Below, piece after piece: positions 1-9,004 of a DNA stretch of 64,000 nucleotides. This stretch comes from Thermoanaerobaculia bacterium (GTDB lineage: Bacteria; Acidobacteriota; Thermoanaerobaculia; UBA5066). The notes beneath the pieces were generated by a model, which worked only from the letters and a program-made list of their open reading frames with translations, did no database searches and was not told where the DNA came from. Location: NCBI GenBank assembly GCA_963816185.1, contig CAWFJJ010000028.1, forward strand, positions 96,001-160,000. The letters run 5' to 3'. Numbering within the stretch: position 1 is the stretch's first letter; the number at the start of each line of letters is the position of its first letter. Position numbers and translations under genes: made by a program.

Positions 1-179
1 ACGACATCCTCAACGTGAACGGCGGCGCGATCGCCCTCGGGCATCCGGTCGGAGCCTCGGGGACGCGCCTCATCCTGACGGTCCTTCTCGAGATGCGCCG
101 CCGAAAGGTCGCGCACGGCCTCGCGACGCTCTGCGTCGGGGGCGGGCAGGGCGCGTCGATCCTCCTGGAGGCGGTCTGA
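1..179 (+). CDS. Thiolase (acetyl-CoA C-acyltransferase), 3' end only
   Basis: Frame from nt 3 reads [23 protein letters not shown]...TLCVGGGQG, the thiolase C-terminal signature. TGA 177-179 overlaps the next ATG. Confidence 0.93.
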   Translation, partial: DILNVNGGAIALGHPVGASGTRLILTVLLEMRRRKVAHGLATLCVGGGQGASILLEAV

Positions 180-2458
180 TGTCCACTCTCGTCGACGAAA
201 CCGTTCCCGCCACGGCTCCGGCCGGCTCGCTGTCACCCTTCCGGCTCACCGTCGAGCCGGATGGCCTCGCGCTCCTCGTCTTCGACACGCCGGGCGAGAA
301 GGTGAACAAGTACTCGACCCCCGTCATGAAGGAGTTCGAGAGCGTCGTCGACGGCCTCGCCGCGCGGACGGACGTGAAAGCGCTCCTCTTTCTCTCGGCC
401 AAGCCGGGAGTCTTCATCGCCGGCGCGGACGTGAACGAGATCGCCAAGGCCGACCAGAACGCGGATCCCGAGATGATCCGGGCCGGGCACCGGATCTTCA
501 ACAAGCTCGCGAACCTGCCTTTTCCCACGGTCGCCGCGATCGGCGGCGCGTGCGTGGGCGGGGGCTGCGAAACCGCTCTCGCGATGGACTGGCGGCTGGC
601 GTCCGACTCGCCCAAGACCCAGATCGGCCTCCCGGAGATCAAGCTCGGCATCCTGCCGGCGTGGGGCGGCACGACCCGTCTCCCGCGCATGATCGGCCTC
701 GCGAACGCCCTCGACGTCATCCTTGCGGGGAAGGTCCTCGACGGCAAGCGCGCGAAGAGGATCGGCCTCGTGGACGAGGTCGTCCCGGCGACCATCCTCG
801 AAGACTGGGCGAAGACGTTCGCCCGCGGGAAGTTCGGGACGAAGAAGCGCTCGAACGCGGGTCCGGGCGGCGCGCCGGCGCGCGTCCGCGAGCCGAAGCT
901 CGTGGAGAAGCTCCTCGAAGGGCCCGGAAAGAGCATCGTCTTCTCGAAAGCTCGCCAGTCGGTCCTGAAGGAGACGAAGGGCCAGTACCCGGCGCCTCTC
1001 GCCGCCCTCTCCGTCATCGAGAAAGGATTCGGCGAGGATTTCAAGAAGGCGCTCGAATTCGAGGTCGAAGGCATCAGGTCTCTCATCGGCACGCCGGTCA
1101 TGCGGAGTCTCGTGGGCCTCTTCTTCCGAATGGAAGAGGTCAAGAAGGAGACGGGCGTGGAAGCGCTCGGGGCTCCGGGCGCCGGCATCAAGCCGCGGAA
1201 GATCGCGCGCATTGGCGTCCTGGGCGCGGGCGCCATGGGAGGCGGCATCGCCCAGCTCGCCGCCGACAAGGGCTACCCGACGCGCATGAAGGACATCAAG
1301 GCCGAGGCGCTGGCGCTCGGATATGCGCAGGCGGCGCGTATCTGGAAGGAGCTGCTCAAGAAGCGCCGGATGACCCGCGCCGATTTCGCGAGGAAGATGG
1401 CGCTCCTGAGCGGATCGCTCGAGTACGCGGGCTTCGAGGGCTGCGACATCACGATCGAAGCGGTGCTCGAGAAGATGGCCGTCAAGCAGGCGGTGCTGGC
1501 CGACTGGGAGCACGTCGCTCCCGCGAAGGCGATCTTCGCCTCCAACACCTCGACCCTTCCGATCACCGAGATCGCGTCGAAGGCGGCGCACCCCGAACGC
1601 GTCGTGGGGATGCACTTCTTCAACCCCGTGAACAAAATGCCTCTCGTCGAGGTCATCTACGGCGCGAAGACCGACCCCGAAGTGACGGCGACGATCTTCG
1701 ACCTCGCGAAGAAGCTGGGGAAGACGCCGGTCGTCGTCAAGGACTCGCCCGGCTTCCTCGTGAACCGCATCCTGAGCCCTTACATCGGCGAGGCGGCGCG
1801 GCTCCTGCTCGAAGGCAGCTCGATGGAGTCCGTCGATCAGGCGATGCGCGCGTTTGGAATGCCGGTGGGCCCGATCGAGCTCCTCGACGACGTCGGGATC
1901 GACGTCGCCGCCAAGGCCGGCGGGACGATGTCGGCCGCCTTCCCGGCGCGCATGCCTGCGGATCCGACTCTCGAAAAGCTCGTCGACGCGGGGCGACTCG
2001 GGCGGAAGGCGAAGAAGGGATTTTATTTCTACGAAAGGGAAAAGAGGGGCGGCCCCGATCCGGACGCATACCGCGATCTCGGACTCTCTTCACCTTCAAA
2101 GAATCCGAGTCTTTCTTCCTCCGAGATCCAGGACCGCCTGGTCCTCCCGATGATCAACGAGGCGGCCTTTTGCCTCGCGGAAGGCATCGTCGCGCGCCCC
2201 GCGAAGCTCGACCTCGCGATGATCTTCGGTACCGGCTTCCCGCCCTTCCGCGGCGGCCTGTGCGCGTACGCGGATTCCCTGCGGCGCGAAGGCGGTCGTC
2301 GAGGGCCTCGAGAAGCTCGCGCCGAGAAGGGTCCGCGCTTCACACCCGCCCCGCTTCTGGTGGAGATGGCCGAAGACCGAGAGAGAGAGATTTCTTCGAA
2401 TGTCGTGCGAGGGTCGGCAGCGCAAGACCACATTCACCTTCTAAGAAACACGCTCTGA
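179..2458 (+). CDS. fadJ: Fatty acid oxidation complex alpha subunit (enoyl-CoA hydratase + 3-hydroxyacyl-CoA dehydrogenase), FadJ/FadB family
   Basis: Crotonase motifs FIAGAD, GGGCE and LPEIKLG; GAGAMGGG Rossmann motif; SNTST and GMHFFNP. Compensating indels near 2280-2325 garble the C-terminus. Confidence 0.92.
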   Translation: MSTLVDETVPATAPAGSLSPFRLTVEPDGLALLVFDTPGEKVNKYSTPVMKEFESVVDGLAARTDVKALLFLSAKPGVFIAGADVNEIAKADQNADPEMIRAGHRIFNKLANLPFPTVAAIGGACVGGGCETALAMDWRLASDSPKTQIGLPEIKLGILPAWGGTTRLPRMIGLANALDVILAGKVLDGKRAKRIGLVDEVVPATILEDWAKTFARGKFGTKKRSNAGPGGAPARVREPKLVEKLLEGPGKSIVFSKARQSVLKETKGQYPAPLAALSVIEKGFGEDFKKALEFEVEGIRSLIGTPVMRSLVGLFFRMEEVKKETGVEALGAPGAGIKPRKIARIGVLGAGAMGGGIAQLAADKGYPTRMKDIKAEALALGYAQAARIWKELLKKRRMTRADFARKMALLSGSLEYAGFEGCDITIEAVLEKMAVKQAVLADWEHVAPAKAIFASNTSTLPITEIASKAAHPERVVGMHFFNPVNKMPLVEVIYGAKTDPEVTATIFDLAKKLGKTPVVVKDSPGFLVNRILSPYIGEAARLLLEGSSMESVDQAMRAFGMPVGPIELLDDVGIDVAAKAGGTMSAAFPARMPADPTLEKLVDAGRLGRKAKKGFYFYEREKRGGPDPDAYRDLGLSSPSKNPSLSSSEIQDRLVLPMINEAAFCLAEGIVARPAKLDLAMIFGTGFPPFRGGLCAYADSLRREGGRRGPREARAEKGPRFTPAPLLVEMAEDREREISSNVVRGSAAQDHIHLLRNTL
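2379..2457. repeat. Dispersed inverted-repeat element, copy A (fadJ 3' end)
   Basis: TTTCTTCGAA at 2391-2400 and TTCACCTTCTAAGAAA at 2433-2448. Confidence 0.7.
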
Positions 2459-2467
2459 GGAGCCGAA

Positions 2468-4251
2468 ATGTCCACCGTCAAGGAAGAGACCCCGTCAAGA
2501 CCGAAACCGCCGAAATCGAGTCCTTCCTGAAAGCGATGTTTCAGGGCCACATCGCGGAGGATCTCGTCTTTCCGTTCCCCGAGGTCCCGCAGGACGTGAA
2601 GGAGACCGTGGAGGCGTTTGCCGGCGCCTATGCGGAGTTCGACGCGGCCCATCTCGACTCCGAGAAGATCGACGCGGCTCACTTCTTCCCGCGCGAGGCC
2701 GTGAAGGCCATGGGCGAGCTGGGAGTCCTCGGCATGACGATTCCCGAGGAATACGGCGGCAGCGGCTTCTCGTCGGCGGCGTACTGCCGGATGACGGAGA
2801 CGATCGCGCCGCTGGATGCCTCCGCCTCCATCGTCGTCGGAGCTCACCTGTCGATCGGCTGCAAGCCGGTCGTTCTCTTCGGAAACGAGGTTCAGAAGAA
2901 GAAGTGGCTGCCGGACCTCGCGAGCGGAAAGCTGGTCGCGGCTTTCTGCCTCACGGAGCCGGAAGCCGGCTCGGACGCGGGCTCGCTCAAGACGACCGCC
3001 GTCTACGACCCCGCCACGAACGAGTACGTCCTGAACGGCACGAAGCAGTGGATCTCGAACGGAGGCTTCGCGCGCTTCTTCACCGTGTTCGCGCGCATCC
3101 CTTCCGACATCGCCGAGAAGGACAAGCACAAGGAAATCTCCTGCTTCGCGGTGGTCGCGAACGAAGACGGCTCCCTGCCCGGCCTCTCGCGCGGCCCCGA
3201 GGAGAAGAAGCTCGGCCTGTGCGCGTCGTCGACCTGCCAGGTCATCCTCGAGAACTGCCGCATCCCGGCCGCCAACCTCATCGGCGAGAAGGGCCATGGC
3301 TTCAAGATCGCCCTCGAGACCTTGAACACGGGCCGCACGTCGCTCGGCGCCGGATCCGTCGGCGGCTCGAAGATGATGCTCAAGCTCGCGGTCGACCACG
3401 CGACGCAGCGCAGGCAGTTCAAGACCCGCATCGCAGACTTCGAGATGATCCGCCACAAGATCACGCGGATGACGGCGACGACCTATGCCCTCGAGTCGAT
3501 GGTCTACCTGACCGCGAGCCTCGTCGACCGGAACGTCGGCGACTACTCGCTCGAGGGCGCCTGCTGCAAGGTGTTCGGGACCGAGGTCCTGTGGCAGAAC
3601 ATCAACGACAGCCTGCAGATCGCCGGCGGCAACGGCTTCATGAACGAGTACCCGTACGGGCGCGCGCTGCGCGACAGCCGCATCAACATGATCTTCGAGG
3701 GCACGAACGAGATCCTGCGCCTCCTCCTCGCCCTCTCGGGCATGAAGGAGCTCGGCGATTCTCTGAAAGAGGTCCAGAGCGCGCTGAGGAGCCCGCTCGC
3801 GCAGCGCGGAGTCCTCACCGAGTACGCCCACAAACGCCTCAAAGGCGTCATCACGCACGACAAGCTCACGAAGGTGCACCCGTCTCTCGCGCCGGAGGCT
3901 GATCAGGTCGGGCGGTACGCGGGCGTCTTCGCGAATGCGTGCGAGACGATCCTGAGAAAGCACGGGAAGAAGGTCGTCGACCGCGAGTACCAGCAGGAGC
4001 GTCTCGCCGACGTCCTCATCGACCTCTTCGCCCAGATCGCGACGCTCTCCCGCGTGACGGCTTCGATCGCAAAGAAGGGCGAGGAAAAGGCTGCCGGGGA
4101 GATCGAGATCGCGCGCTGGTTCTGCCAGCAGGCCAGGCACCGCATCGTCGCGAACCTCAAGGCCCTCGACAAGAACCGCGACAGGGACTGCACGTCGATC
4201 AGCGACCGGGTGTACGAGGCGGGCGGCTACCCATACGATCTCTGGGCTTAG
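2468..4251 (+). CDS. Long-chain (VLCAD/ACAD9-like) acyl-CoA dehydrogenase, apparent frameshift near 2490
   Basis: FCLTEPEAGSDA, LNGTKQWISNG, RRQF and IFEGTNEI motifs. GAGGAG at 2457-2462 precedes ATG 2468 (MSTVKEETP), which needs one frame change to join VKTETAEIESFLK. Confidence 0.9.
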
Positions 4252-4294
4252 GACTTTCGCGCGTCGAGCGAATGCAGAGTATCGAGTGAAGTTG

Positions 4295-4400
4295 TTTTTC
4301 TTAGAATGGTAATGAGGCCCAGGGCGCGCCGCGTCGTCACCGCGGATGACGAACGGCGTGGCACGTCGCAGCGCTCTTCCTCTCCTTCATTCATAGAAAC
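4295..4400. repeat. Dispersed inverted-repeat element, copy B (MBL hydrolase 5' end)
   Basis: TTTCTTAGAATGGT at 4297-4310 and TTCATAGAAA at 4390-4399. Confidence 0.6.
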
Positions 4401-5343
4401 TCTTTCGGTCCCCACTCCCTTTCCCGTCGGGCCGGTCAACGTCCATGTGATCCTGCGCGATCCCATGACGCTCATCGACAGCGGGCCGCTGACGGAGGAG
4501 GCCTGGGACGCGCTCGAAGCGGGCCTGAAGAGGTTCGGCCGCAAGGTTTCCGACGTGAAGCGCGTGCTGCTCACCCACGGCCATCAGGACCATTTCGGCC
4601 TCGCGGAGAAGGTGGCCGGCGCTTCGGGCGCGACGCTGTATGGCGGGAGGCTCGACCGTCACAATTTCCGGCAGGAGCGCAGCCACGGGCTGCTCCTCGA
4701 GGACATGGCCCGCGCGGGCTTCGGTCTCCTTCCGCGCCTCGCGGTCGTCGCCTCCGTCGCGGCCGTCGACCGCTTCGCGAAGCCGCTCGAGGTGTGGGAC
4801 GCGCTCTCGGGCGGGGAAATTCTGCCGGGCGACGGCTGGAGCGTCGTCGTGCGGTCGACGCCCGGTCATACGCCCGGCAGCCTCACGTTCGAGATCCCCG
4901 AAGCAGGCGTCCTCTTCACGGGCGACACCGTCCTCAAAGAGATCACGCCGAACGCGGTCGTCGACGAGGACCCCGAGAAGTCCGGCAGCCCTTTTCGCAG
5001 CGTCACGCGCTATTTCGAGACGCTCGACGAGCTCGGGAGGACGAGCGGGGATGCCAAGCTCCTCACCGGCCACGGCGCGCCCATCCCGGACTGGCACGCC
5101 CACAAGAGCAGGCTCGACCGGCGCTACGGCCTGCGGATCGATCAGATCGTGCGGCAGCTCGCAAAAGGCCCGGCCACTGTGCGCGATCTCGTGGCCGCGA
5201 TCTTCCCGCACGTGAAAACGCTGAACGTTTTCCTCGCCTACAGCGAGATCTTCGGCTTCCTGATGTACCTCGAGGACGCGGGGCGGGTCGAGAAGCTCGT
5301 CGAGGAGACGCGCGACCTCTACCGGCTCCTGCCCACCGCCTGA
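4306..5343 (+). CDS. MBL-fold metallo-hydrolase
   Basis: THGHQDH, TPGHTPG, FTGD and GHG motifs. Start uncertain because the N-terminus overlaps a repeat copy. Confidence 0.88.
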   Translation: MVMRPRARRVVTADDERRGTSQRSSSPSFIETLSVPTPFPVGPVNVHVILRDPMTLIDSGPLTEEAWDALEAGLKRFGRKVSDVKRVLLTHGHQDHFGLAEKVAGASGATLYGGRLDRHNFRQERSHGLLLEDMARAGFGLLPRLAVVASVAAVDRFAKPLEVWDALSGGEILPGDGWSVVVRSTPGHTPGSLTFEIPEAGVLFTGDTVLKEITPNAVVDEDPEKSGSPFRSVTRYFETLDELGRTSGDAKLLTGHGAPIPDWHAHKSRLDRRYGLRIDQIVRQLAKGPATVRDLVAAIFPHVKTLNVFLAYSEIFGFLMYLEDAGRVEKLVEETRDLYRLLPTA

Positions 5344-6053
5344 TCAGCGGCAGCGGATTTGGAGCGATGAGGCCGTGTCCTCGCCCACCTGCGTGTTGTT
5401 CAGGTTGTTGTCCCTTTCGCGGAATTCGGTGCGCCTGCCGCGGTAGTCGGGGTGTTCGTAGAGGATCGCCACGCATCCCGGAGAGACGTCGATCGAGCTC
5501 GCCATGCGGCTGCCGAATCGCGTGCGATCGAGGTCCGGGACGTCGCCATCGAAGAACTGGCTCGGGCCGCGCGCCTCGCGGTCGCGGTAGAGGACGGCGC
5601 CTCGGGGCGACTCGGGGGAGGCCCGTATTCGGGCCGCCCCGGAGACCCGGGCCGATAAGGACGATCCTCGTGCCAGTCGGGGTGGTAATGGGTTTCGGGG
5701 CCGGAATGCCGGCAGTTGACCCGCAGCGACGAGGCGGTGTCCTCGCCCACGGCGGTGTTCGAGAGGTCGTTGTCGGGAGCGCGAAACTCGGCGCGCCGGC
5801 CGCCGAAGCGGGGCTTCTCGTAGAGCACGGCGACGCAGCCGGGCGGCACGGCGATCGAGCTCGCCCTCCGGCTGCCGAACTGCGTGTACCGGAGGTCCGG
5901 CACGTCGTCGTAGAAGGTCTGGGAGGGCCCCCGCAAGGAACGATCCCGGAAGAGGGTCACACCCTGCGCCGGCGCAGGCCGGGCGCCTGCTACAGCCGCG
6001 AGAACGAGCAGGGCAGAGGACAGGGCTCGGAGGAGGGCTGTACTTTTCTCCAC
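5344..6053 (-). CDS. Secreted protein with two beta/gamma-crystallin-like domains, frameshift near 5600
   Basis: Signal peptide, then domain 1 (GVTLFRDRSLRGPSQTF...ASSIAVPPGCVAVLYE...DTASSLRV). After a frame change comes domain 2 (GAVLYRDREARGPSQFF...ASSIDVSPGCVAILYEHPDY...DTASSLQIRCR), ending at 5344. Confidence 0.8.
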
Positions 6054-6113
6054 TCGGGATTCCTCCGTAGTCGGTGCTTACTTTGATATCCTACGTCGCC
6101 GGAGGACCGCCAG

Positions 6114-7031
6114 ATGGCCGATGAAATGAAGGCTTCCACGCCCCTCAGTGCCGGTTCGACCGCTCCCGATTTCACGCTTCCGGCTCGCTCGGGCAAGACG
6201 ATTTCGCTGCATGACTATCGTGGTAGCAAGGACGTTTTGATCTATTTCTATCCGAAAGACGACACGCCCGGGTGCACGCGCGAATCGTGCAGCCTTCGCG
6301 ACTCCTGGAGCGAGCTGCAGGGCGCCGGGATCGAGGTCCTCGGAATCTCGCGCGACGACTCCGCGTCGCACAACGCTTTCGCCGCCAAGTACAACCTGCC
6401 GTTCGAGCTCCTGACGGATGCCGATCACGCCGTGCACGAGGCGTATGGCGCGTGGGGACAGAACCCGAATCCCGCGTGGGGAGTCGGTCCGCTGCGCAAG
6501 TCGTTCCTCGTGGGCAAGGACGGGCAAATCCGCAACGTCTTCGACAAGGTCGACACCGAGCACCACGCCGAGCAGGTGCTACGGGCCGCGGGCATCGCGG
6601 TCGCGCCGAAGCCCGCGCCGGCCCCCGCTCCTGCGCCGGCGCCGAAACCCGCCGCGCCCGCAGCCGCGGCTCCCGCCCCGTCTCCGAAACCGGCGACCCC
6701 GCCTCCCCCGAGGCCGCCTGCCCCGAAGCCGCAGCCCCCGGCGCCTGCCGCTCCGAAGCCGGCAGCTCCGGCGGCCAAGGCTGCTCCTGCAGCCAAGGCT
6801 GCTCCGAAGAAGAAAGCGGCACCCAAGAAGAAGGCCGCCGCGAAAAAGAAGACCGCGAAAAAGAAGACCGCGAAGAAGAAACCCGCGAAAAAGGCCGCTC
6901 CGAAGCGAAAAGCCGCCCGGAAATCCGCCCCGAAGAGGAAAGCGGCGAAGAAGTCCGCACCGAAAAAGAAGAAGGCCGCGAAGAAGTCTCGCAAGGCTGC
7001 GAAGAAATCGGCGAAGCGGAAGAAACGCTAA
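6114..7031 (+). CDS. bcp: Peroxiredoxin (BCP/PrxQ) with Pro/Ala linker and Lys/Ala-rich histone-H1-like tail
   Basis: YFYPKDDTPGCTRESC motif, GGAGG upstream, and a C-terminal ~80 aa of AKKK/APKK repeats. Confidence 0.9.
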   Translation: MADEMKASTPLSAGSTAPDFTLPARSGKTISLHDYRGSKDVLIYFYPKDDTPGCTRESCSLRDSWSELQGAGIEVLGISRDDSASHNAFAAKYNLPFELLTDADHAVHEAYGAWGQNPNPAWGVGPLRKSFLVGKDGQIRNVFDKVDTEHHAEQVLRAAGIAVAPKPAPAPAPAPAPKPAAPAAAAPAPSPKPATPPPPRPPAPKPQPPAPAAPKPAAPAAKAAPAAKAAPKKKAAPKKKAAAKKKTAKKKTAKKKPAKKAAPKRKAARKSAPKRKAAKKSAPKKKKAAKKSRKAAKKSAKRKKR

Positions 7032-7059
7032 CGCTGAAGAAGCGCTGAGCCGCGACGAG

Positions 7060-7089
7060 GGCAGGACGCGGCGCTCGCCGTGTCCTGCC
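7060..7089 (+). terminator. GC-rich hairpin after bcp
   Basis: GGCAGGACGCGGC pairs with GCCGTGTCCTGCC (one G-U pair). No U-tract. Confidence 0.45.
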
Positions 7090-7111
7090 GAGCGGATTCT
7101 GGAAAGATCAC

Positions 7112-7825
7112 ATGTCCCAACGACTCACGAAACAACAGATGAAGACCGATCAGCTTCAGCACGCGCTGACGGATGCGCGCGACTATGTCGCCACGCACCG
7201 GTCCCAGACGACGCGCTGGGCGCTGATCGCCGGCGGCGCCGTCCTCGTCGTCGGCGCCATCTGGGGCGGAATCGTTCTCAGAAACGGCCGCCTCGCCGCG
7301 CGGCTCTCTTCCGCGCTCGCGCTGTTCGACGCGCCGCTCGCGTCCGACGCAGCCACGGCGCCCGGTGCGCGCGTCTTCAAGGACGTCGCCGAGCGGACCG
7401 CCGCGGCGAAAGCGGAGCTCGCCGCGCTCGTGAAGGACGCGCCGTCTTCGCCGGCCGGCCGCGCCGCGGCGGTCATCGTGCTGTCGCTCGACGGCCCGAA
7501 AGCGGCGACGGGCGCGAACCTCGACGCGGCGAAGGCCTTCGCGAAATCCGAAAGCGGAACGGTCGCGGCCGGAGTCGCCGCGGTCGCGGCGATCGACGCC
7601 CAGGCGGCGGCGGGCCGCCCGAAGGAAGCTCTCGAGACGGCGAAGAGGTACCTCGAGGCCAGCGACTCGCCCGTCTCGAAGGACGTTCTCGTCTTCACGA
7701 TGGCGCGTCTCTACGAGCAGACGGGACAGAACGTCGAGGCGAAGAGCTTCTACCAGCGCCTCGTGACGGACTTCCCGGATTCACCCCTCCGGACCGACGC
7801 ACAGCAGAAGCTCGCAAACCTCTAA
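7112..7825 (+). CDS. Membrane-anchored TPR protein (YfgM-like)
   Basis: One N-terminal TM helix and a C-terminal TPR (AKSFYQRLVTDFPDSP). Confidence 0.75.
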   Translation: MSQRLTKQQMKTDQLQHALTDARDYVATHRSQTTRWALIAGGAVLVVGAIWGGIVLRNGRLAARLSSALALFDAPLASDAATAPGARVFKDVAERTAAAKAELAALVKDAPSSPAGRAAAVIVLSLDGPKAATGANLDAAKAFAKSESGTVAAGVAAVAAIDAQAAAGRPKEALETAKRYLEASDSPVSKDVLVFTMARLYEQTGQNVEAKSFYQRLVTDFPDSPLRTDAQQKLANL

Positions 7826-7831
7826 CGCGCC

Positions 7832-9004
7832 GTGAAGCGTCGCGTCATCGTGATCGTCTGCGACGGCCTCGGCGTCGGGGCGGCTCCGGACGCCGCGCTG
7901 TTCGGGGACGAGGGCAAGAAGACGCTTCAGCACGTCCTCCGCGACGGCAGACCGCGTCTCCCGAACCTGACGGGCCTCGGCCTCCTGCACACGATGTACG
8001 CCGACGCGCCCGCCGGCCTGCCCGCGCCCACGGGCGCCTTCGGTCGTCTCGCCGAGGCCAGCGCCGGGAAGGACACGACGACCGGACATTGGGAGCTGAT
8101 GGGGCTGACGCTCGACGTGGCCTTTCCGCTCTATCCCGACGGCTTCCCTCCCGAGGTCGTCGAGCCCTTCGAGAGGGCGATCGAACGGAAAGTGCTGTGG
8201 AACAAGCCTGCGTCGGGGACGACGATCCTCGAGCAGTTCGGCGACGAGCACGTGAGGACCGGGCGGCCGATCCTCTATACCTCAGGCGACTCCGTGTTCC
8301 AGATCGCCGCGCACGAGGACGTCGTTCCGATCGACACGTTGTACGCGTGGTGCCGGATCGCGCGGGAGATCCTGAGGCCCCCGCACCAGGTCGGCCGCGT
8401 CATCGCCCGGCCGTTCGTGGGGTCGAACGGAAAGTACCAGCGCACGCACCGCCGCAAGGATTTCTCCGTTCCGCCGTCCGGCGAGACGCTGCTCGACCGC
8501 GCGGTCCTGCACGACCTCAAGGTGCACGCCCTCGGAAAGATCGAGGACATCTTCTCCGGGCACGGGATCTCGACGGCGGTGCACACCGTCTCGAACCGCG
8601 ACGGCATCGAGAAGACGATCTCGGCCATCCGCGACCGCCACGACGACCTCGTCTTCACGAACCTCGTCGACTTCGACACGAAATACGGACACCGCAACGA
8701 CGTCGTCGGCTACGCCAAGTGCCTCGAGGAGCTCGACTCCTTCATGCCCGAGATGGTGGGCGCTCTTCGCCCGGGCGATCTGCTCATGCTCTCCGCGGAC
8801 CACGGGGGCGACCCCTGCGACACGTCCACCGATCACACACGGGAGTACGTGCCGATGGTCGCGGCGGGGCCGGACGTGGCGGGGGGCGCCGACGTCGGCA
8901 CGCGCAGGACGTTCGCCGACCTCGGCGCGACCGCGGCCGAGCATCTCGGCGTCCCGCCTCTGGGGGGCACGAGCTTCCTCCGCGCGATCAGTCCCGCGGC
9001 CTGA
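7832..9004 (+). CDS. deoB: Phosphopentomutase
   Basis: DGLGVGAAPDA, GKDTTTGHWE, YTSGDSVFQIAAHE, NLVDFDTKYGHRND and ADHG motifs. Confidence 0.96.
   Translation: MKRRVIVIVCDGLGVGAAPDAALFGDEGKKTLQHVLRDGRPRLPNLTGLGLLHTMYADAPAGLPAPTGAFGRLAEASAGKDTTTGHWELMGLTLDVAFPLYPDGFPPEVVEPFERAIERKVLWNKPASGTTILEQFGDEHVRTGRPILYTSGDSVFQIAAHEDVVPIDTLYAWCRIAREILRPPHQVGRVIARPFVGSNGKYQRTHRRKDFSVPPSGETLLDRAVLHDLKVHALGKIEDIFSGHGISTAVHTVSNRDGIEKTISAIRDRHDDLVFTNLVDFDTKYGHRNDVVGYAKCLEELDSFMPEMVGALRPGDLLMLSADHGGDPCDTSTDHTREYVPMVAAGPDVAGGADVGTRRTFADLGATAAEHLGVPPLGGTSFLRAISPAA

Noticed and set aside
550-4251. 1233-aa ORF suggesting a giant acyl-CoA dehydrogenase
   Set aside because: The first ~640 aa are an off-frame Arg-rich shadow of fadJ. 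The real gene starts near 2468.
6780-7030. A-rich tandem repeats as a non-coding satellite; antisense Phe/Ala-rich ORF 6425-6994
   Set aside because: Fully explained by Lys/Ala codons of the bcp tail.
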